From an uncultured Helicobacter sp. (GTDB taxonomy: Bacteria > Campylobacterota > Campylobacteria > Campylobacterales > UBA6016): DNA of 63,381 nt. Shown in pieces: positions 58,728 to 63,381 of the stretch. Under the pieces are notes generated by a model. The model was not told the origin of the DNA. It made no database searches and saw nothing but the letters and a program-made list of their open reading frames with translations. Position 1 is the stretch's first letter. The number at the start of each line of letters is the position of its first letter. The position numbers were made by a program, and so were the translations under genes. The DNA lies in the NCBI GenBank assembly GCA_964630205.1, contig CAZVTM010000007.1:1-63381 (forward strand). Direction: 5' to 3'.

Positions 58728-60590
58728 TTACTTAATCGGGCTATAAAGAGCCGCAAAAATTATTAGTATTAAAATACCGGCTACCATCCATCTGAGCATC
58801 GAAGATAGATTACCGCTTTGAATATGTCTCGATTTTTCACCGCTTTTGTAAATAACAAGGGCAATAGTGTCAACAACGAAGTCTATTATTTTTAGGTCTA
58901 CTTTTTTCCATGCGAACTCTGAAAGCTTGGTGTATGGAATAACCAAAAATCTGTTGTAAAACTCAGGAATGTAATATTGGTTATAAAATAGCTTATAGAA
59001 AAACCCGTTTTCAAGATCTTTGCTAAATCCGCCTTTGTTGTATTTGTAGACCGTAAACGCTATAGAGCATACGACGGCAACAGTTGTTACGGCTATTAGC
59101 GCCATTATAGTATCTGTTGACATATGAGGATGTAAAATCGGCATTACTTTTTCAAGTAGCGTTGTCAAAGAGTGCTCAAAGAAGCCAGCAATTACGGCAA
59201 GAACTGCAAGCGGAGCCATGGCGGCAAGCATATACCAATAAGCTTCGTGTGGATGAAGGCCTGGGAAATGCTCTTTGTAGTTCTCTTTTCCAAAGAATAC
59301 AAGCATGATAAGTCTAAAGCTATAAAACGCTGTAAGTACTGCAGTCATCAAAAGAACGGCCCATAGGATGTAGTGGTGTGTGCCAAATGCCACCTCTAGG
59401 ATTTTGTCTTTTGAGAAGAAGCCGGCAAACGGATAGATACCCGCAAGAGCAACGGAGGCTAGTATCATCATAATAGCCGTTCCTCTCATCGGTTTGTATA
59501 GTCCACCCATTTTTTTGATGTCAAGTTCGTCGTGCATCGCATGCATTACGTTACCTGCGCCAAGGAATAGTAGGGCCTTGAAAAATGCGTGCGTCATTAG
59601 GTGAAACAGTGCAACCCAATACGCCCCAAGACCAGCGGCAACAAACATATATCCTAGTTGCGAGAGGGTAGAGTAGGCGATGATTCGTTTGAGATCGCGA
59701 TTGACAAGACCCATGGTGGCGGCAAATGCTGCAACAAAAGCGCCGAGACAAGCTACAAAGAAGCTAACTTCAGGTGTAAGTGCAAATAGCTCATGACTCC
59801 TAACCATCAAGTATACACCCGCCGTAACCATTGTGGCTGCGTGGATAAGCGCAGAAACAGGGGTTGGACCCTCCATTGCATCTGCAAGCCAAGTGTGGAA
59901 TGGAAACTGAGCTGATTTTCCCATCGCGCCGATAAACAAAAATACCGCCGCTACAGATAAAACTGTAGAGTCAATACCTTTTACTGCGGCAAAAACTTCA
60001 GTATATTTCAGGCTTCCTGTTTGCCAGAATATGATAAACAGACCCACAAGCATACCAAGGTCTGCCACACGGTTCATAATAAACGCTTCATTTGCAGCCC
60101 AAGTTGCAAAAGGTTTTTTGTACCAAAAGCCGATAAGCAGCCAAGAACAAAGACCGACCCCTTCCCAGCCGATGAAAAGACCGAGGAAGTTATCGCTCAT
60201 TACAAGCACTAACATCGAGAACACAAACAAAGACAGGTAGCTAAAGAATCTATTAAAACCCTCGTCGTGGCTCATGTAGCCTATAGAGTAGATGTGTACA
60301 AGCGTGGAAACAATAGTAACGACGCACATCATAACGATAGAGATTTGGTCAGCTGTAAAGCCAAAATCTACCCTAAAGTTGCCCGAAGCTATCCACTCAA
60401 ACAGCGTTGCGCTAATTACTTGTCCGTCAAGTACGGCACCTAGTTGAATAAGCGCAGATACGGTAGCAATAAACAAAAGTGCGCTTGGCACTATCCCGGC
60501 AAGAATATTTTTTTTATAGCCGCCCAAAGCGCCGGCAAACAAAGAGCCGACAAGCGGAGCAAAAAGAGTTATATAAAGCAAGTTTTCCAT
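58728..60590 (-). CDS. nuoL: NADH-quinone oxidoreductase subunit L
   Basis: GWEGVGLCSWLLIGFW, GKSAQFPFHTWLADAMEGPTPVSALIHAATMV, THAFFKALLFL. Confidence 0.97.
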   Translation of the reverse strand: MENLLYITLFAPLVGSLFAGALGGYKKNILAGIVPSALLFIATVSALIQLGAVLDGQVISATLFEWIASGNFRVDFGFTADQISIVMMCVVTIVSTLVHIYSIGYMSHDEGFNRFFSYLSLFVFSMLVLVMSDNFLGLFIGWEGVGLCSWLLIGFWYKKPFATWAANEAFIMNRVADLGMLVGLFIIFWQTGSLKYTEVFAAVKGIDSTVLSVAAVFLFIGAMGKSAQFPFHTWLADAMEGPTPVSALIHAATMVTAGVYLMVRSHELFALTPEVSFFVACLGAFVAAFAATMGLVNRDLKRIIAYSTLSQLGYMFVAAGLGAYWVALFHLMTHAFFKALLFLGAGNVMHAMHDELDIKKMGGLYKPMRGTAIMMILASVALAGIYPFAGFFSKDKILEVAFGTHHYILWAVLLMTAVLTAFYSFRLIMLVFFGKENYKEHFPGLHPHEAYWYMLAAMAPLAVLAVIAGFFEHSLTTLLEKVMPILHPHMSTDTIMALIAVTTVAVVCSIAFTVYKYNKGGFSKDLENGFFYKLFYNQYYIPEFYNRFLVIPYTKLSEFAWKKVDLKIIDFVVDTIALVIYKSGEKSRHIQSGNLSSMLRWMVAGILILIIFAALYSPIK

Positions 60591-60596
60591 ATCAGC

Positions 60597-60899
60597 TTAC
60601 CCTTTCATAATCTGTAGATTGTCAAGATCGAGTGAGCCCATTCTCTTGTACATAAGTATCAAAAAGCCTAGCCCTACCGCTACTTCGCTAGCCGCAATCG
60701 CTATGATAAAAAACGCAAAAATCTGACCGGTTAAATCGTGCATAAAATAACTAATAGCCGCAAGCGCTACGTTGACCGCATTTAGCATAATTTCTGTGGC
60801 AAAAAATAGCATTAGCAGATTTTTTCTTCTAATGACACCGAAAAGCCCTATACAAAAGAGGACGGCCGCCAAAATAAGATATTGGTTTAGGGTAATCAT
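60597..60899 (-). CDS. nuoK: NADH-quinone oxidoreductase subunit K
   Basis: RRKNLLM...EIMLNAVN, AIAASEVAVGL. Confidence 0.96.
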   Translation of the reverse strand: MITLNQYLILAAVLFCIGLFGVIRRKNLLMLFFATEIMLNAVNVALAAISYFMHDLTGQIFAFFIIAIAASEVAVGLGFLILMYKRMGSLDLDNLQIMKG

Positions 60900-61483
60900 T
60901 TGTGCTCCTCCGTACCGCCGTCAAGTCTAAACTCTTCAAAAGTTTCCACGTTTTCATTTTCATCGTTACTTGTAGTTGCGCTAACATCCATTTTTTTGCC
61001 CGCAAGTATAATCCCTGCTATCATCGCTATAAGAAGCATCAAAGAGGCTAGCTCAAAAGGAATTAGATATTTCGTGAATAAGACCATGCCTATCGCTTGA
61101 GGATTTTGCATCCCCTGTACGCTATCCATTATCTCAGGTTTACCTGCCGCTATAGGAGCGCTTAGCATAAGTACTATCAAAACCGCAGTAGCTACCGACA
61201 TAAACAGTATCTTTTTTGGATTTTTGATTTTTTCTTCCGTTGCTTTTGCACTGTCAAAAAACATCATTCCAAACGCATATAGAGCCATTACTGCTCCCGC
61301 ATATACAACTATTTGCACGACCCCGAGAAAATCTGCATTTAGGATAAAGAAAAATCCAGAGATAAATATCATCCCCGCAGCAAGCGCAGTCATCGCGTAT
61401 AGTATGTTCTTGCTAGTAACGGTGATTAGAAACATTGCCGCCGTGAGGCCTGCAAACGTATAAAAAGCTATTTGTTCAAACAT
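60896..61483 (-). CDS. nuoJ: NADH-quinone oxidoreductase subunit J
   Basis: ADFLGVVQIVVYAGAVMAL, YLIPFELASLMLLIAMIAGI. Confidence 0.95.
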   Translation of the reverse strand: MFEQIAFYTFAGLTAAMFLITVTSKNILYAMTALAAGMIFISGFFFILNADFLGVVQIVVYAGAVMALYAFGMMFFDSAKATEEKIKNPKKILFMSVATAVLIVLMLSAPIAAGKPEIMDSVQGMQNPQAIGMVLFTKYLIPFELASLMLLIAMIAGIILAGKKMDVSATTSNDENENVETFEEFRLDGGTEEHK

Positions 61484-61494
61484 CTTTATCCTTC

Positions 61495-62073
61495 TTAGTA
61501 CGCTAGAGGCGTTTGTTTGATATTTTTGTCGGCGTCTGCGCTAATGGCGCCGAAACCTTCAAACTCTTTTTGTTTGCCGGCTTTTAGGAAGTCGATAGGG
61601 GTTAGCATATCGTCTTTCATGACAAAGTGGGCTCTCTGCTCAGCTGCATTTTCGTATCTTGGGCCGTGTACGATTGCAAGCTCAGGACATACGTCAGCGC
61701 AGTAGCCACAGAATATGCACCTGCCGAGGTTTATCGTATACTCACCGACTGCTTTTCTACCGTTTTTGTCTTGGAAGGTATCCATTCTGATACACTTAGA
61801 TATACAGATTTTCTCGCAAAGTCCGCAACCTATACATCTCTCGTTGCCGCTCTCAAGTAGTCTTAGAAGCTCGTGCACGGCTCTGTATCTAGGGCCGATA
61901 GGGAGCTTCTCTTTTGGATATTGTACGGTATGGATGTCAAACTTGATCATCTCTTTTAGAACTATCCAAAGACCGACGAACAACTCTAGTTTTAAAGAGC
62001 GTTTGACTACCCTTGCAAACCTAGCGAGAGGCTTGGTAGGGTACTTTTCTACTTCTATAATTTTATATCCCAT
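61495..62073 (-). CDS. nuoI: NADH-quinone oxidoreductase subunit I
   Basis: CIGCGLCEKIC and CIFCGYCADVCP 2x[4Fe-4S] motifs; ATG 62073 (ORF track GTG 62076). Confidence 0.96.
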   Translation of the reverse strand: MGYKIIEVEKYPTKPLARFARVVKRSLKLELFVGLWIVLKEMIKFDIHTVQYPKEKLPIGPRYRAVHELLRLLESGNERCIGCGLCEKICISKCIRMDTFQDKNGRKAVGEYTINLGRCIFCGYCADVCPELAIVHGPRYENAAEQRAHFVMKDDMLTPIDFLKAGKQKEFEGFGAISADADKNIKQTPLAY

Positions 62074-62082
62074 CACAAACCC

Positions 62083-63072
62083 TTAAATCAGAATAAATAA
62101 ACCGGTAACCAGTATGTTTACGACCGCAAGCGGCATAAGCACTTTCCAGCATAGCCACATAAGTTGGTCAGGTCTAACATGCGGCCAAGCAGCCCTTGCC
62201 CATAGGAACAAGAATATGAAAAACGACGCTTTTAGTATGATGGCAAGTCCGCCCGGAATAAACCACATTGGATTGAAGCCGCCGAAGAATACGATAGATA
62301 CAAGGAATGCTATCGTGAACATATTTGCGTATTCACCGATAAAGAACATACCCCATCTCATACCCGAATACTCGGTAGCGTAACCTGATACAACTTCCGC
62401 TTCGTGCTCAAGAAGGTCAAACGGGGTTCTGTTGGTCTCGGCATACCCTGCAATTACAAACAGCACAAATGCAACCGGTTGATACCAGATAAGCCAGTCT
62501 GATACACCGCCTGATTGGTAGTTGTTGATGTCTATTAGCGAAAGAGAGCCTATCATCATGAGGGGTGCTAGTAGCGCAAAGCCCGATACGACCTCGAAGC
62601 TTAGCATTTGAATAACAGTTCTAGCGCCGCCTAAAAGAGCCCATTTGCTTCTTGATGATACACCGGCTAGAAGCGGACCGTACATACCTGTAGCCATAAC
62701 CGATAGAACAAACAAAATACCGACATTGACATCGGAAATGATAGGTCTTACCGTGTGCCCAAAAAGTTTAAATTCCGGCAAGAATGGTATTGCGGCCATA
62801 GCTATAAAAGCAGTAGCTGCAGTAATTACCGGAGCTATTTTGAATATAGGTTTGATGGCGTGTTGAGGAACGATATCCTCTTTTGTGAATAGTTTGATAC
62901 CGTCAGCTAAAATTTGCAGTAACCCGTATGGTCCGACATGCATAGGCCCAAGCCTTCTTTGCATGAAAGCCAGCACTTTTCTCTCTACATAAGTAGCAAA
63001 ACCTGCTAGTGCGGAAAATACGGCTACAACGGTAATTATTTTGACTATCGTCTCTATTATGTAAGTTTCCAT
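62083..63072 (-). CDS. nuoH: NADH-quinone oxidoreductase subunit H
   Basis: ERKVLAFMQRRLGP, DGIKLFTKED, AETNRTPFDL, TEYSGMRW, RVRPDQ-type motif HVRPDQLM. Confidence 0.97.
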   Translation of the reverse strand: METYIIETIVKIITVVAVFSALAGFATYVERKVLAFMQRRLGPMHVGPYGLLQILADGIKLFTKEDIVPQHAIKPIFKIAPVITAATAFIAMAAIPFLPEFKLFGHTVRPIISDVNVGILFVLSVMATGMYGPLLAGVSSRSKWALLGGARTVIQMLSFEVVSGFALLAPLMMIGSLSLIDINNYQSGGVSDWLIWYQPVAFVLFVIAGYAETNRTPFDLLEHEAEVVSGYATEYSGMRWGMFFIGEYANMFTIAFLVSIVFFGGFNPMWFIPGGLAIILKASFFIFLFLWARAAWPHVRPDQLMWLCWKVLMPLAVVNILVTGLFILI

Positions 63073-63074
63073 TA

Positions 63075-63380
63075 TTACCCCTTGATGATCTCGGTTGGCC
63101 TAAATTTGTACCCATCTCGTAGGGTCTCAAATCCTGGATTATTTGGTTCGTACGCAGGTGCCAAAACAATATTTGATGATATTTTTTGGTCTATTTTGAC
63201 CTTATAGCTTCCTGTTTTTAGGCTTACATCGTCGCCATCTTTCAGTGAGGCCGCCTCTGCCGCCGCTTTGCCGACGTATAGCGTATTTGCCCCCTCTTTT
63301 ATCTGTGAGCATTTTGCTGTATAAGCGTTAAACTGCCCCACCGGAGTAGACACATAAATAAGAGTACCGTTCATCTCTTC
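63075..63380 (-). CDS. nuoG: NADH-quinone oxidoreductase subunit G, C-terminal fragment (5' end outside window)
   Basis: Frame open to the window edge, directly upstream of nuoH; QFNAYTAKC...LYVGK resembles the Campylobacterota NuoG C-terminus. Assigned mainly from position. Confidence 0.75.
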   Translation of the reverse strand, partial: EEMNGTLIYVSTPVGQFNAYTAKCSQIKEGANTLYVGKAAAEAASLKDGDDVSLKTGSYKVKIDQKISSNIVLAPAYEPNNPGFETLRDGYKFRPTEIIKG

Positions 63381-63381
63381 C

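Overview
A 63-kb, densely coded chromosomal segment from a flagellated Campylobacterota (Epsilonproteobacteria) bacterium. The assignment is inferred from gene content and synteny with Campylobacter jejuni/Helicobacter pylori blocks (HP0268-miaB-lpxJ-pilMNO|nusA; lysA-HAD-pheA-hisC-fliFGH-dxs; fdxA-ndk-yceD-rpmF-plsX-fabH; pgk-tpiA-fabI; rpsB-tsf-ABC-fliR-chePep-gmk-tatA-argS; nuoG-N). It is mostly housekeeping DNA. I found no rRNA, tRNA, CRISPR array, prophage or IS. The only clearly accessory part is an arsC-arsR-arsB operon plus a CXXCH-containing chemoreceptor at the left end. The best leads are departures from the expected core layout: (1) gapA is missing from its usual slot before pgk, where a 15-nt mini-ORF with its own Shine-Dalgarno sits instead; (2) an intact tyrosine recombinase lies inside the lpxJ-pilMNO operon; (3) the two helical-shape peptidoglycan peptidases (Pgp2/Csd6- and Pgp1/Csd4-like) are adjacent and in reaction order; (4) a putative c-heme chemoreceptor abuts the ars operon; (5) PilMNO-like genes co-occur with an orphan PilT/PilU ATPase; (6) dxs reads through the ahpC terminator and no perR follows it. 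An rpsB leader RNA and an rpmF gene missed by the ORF track were also found. I cannot claim a demonstrably novel system: all functional and synteny statements come from motif reading and recalled gene orders, not from database searches.
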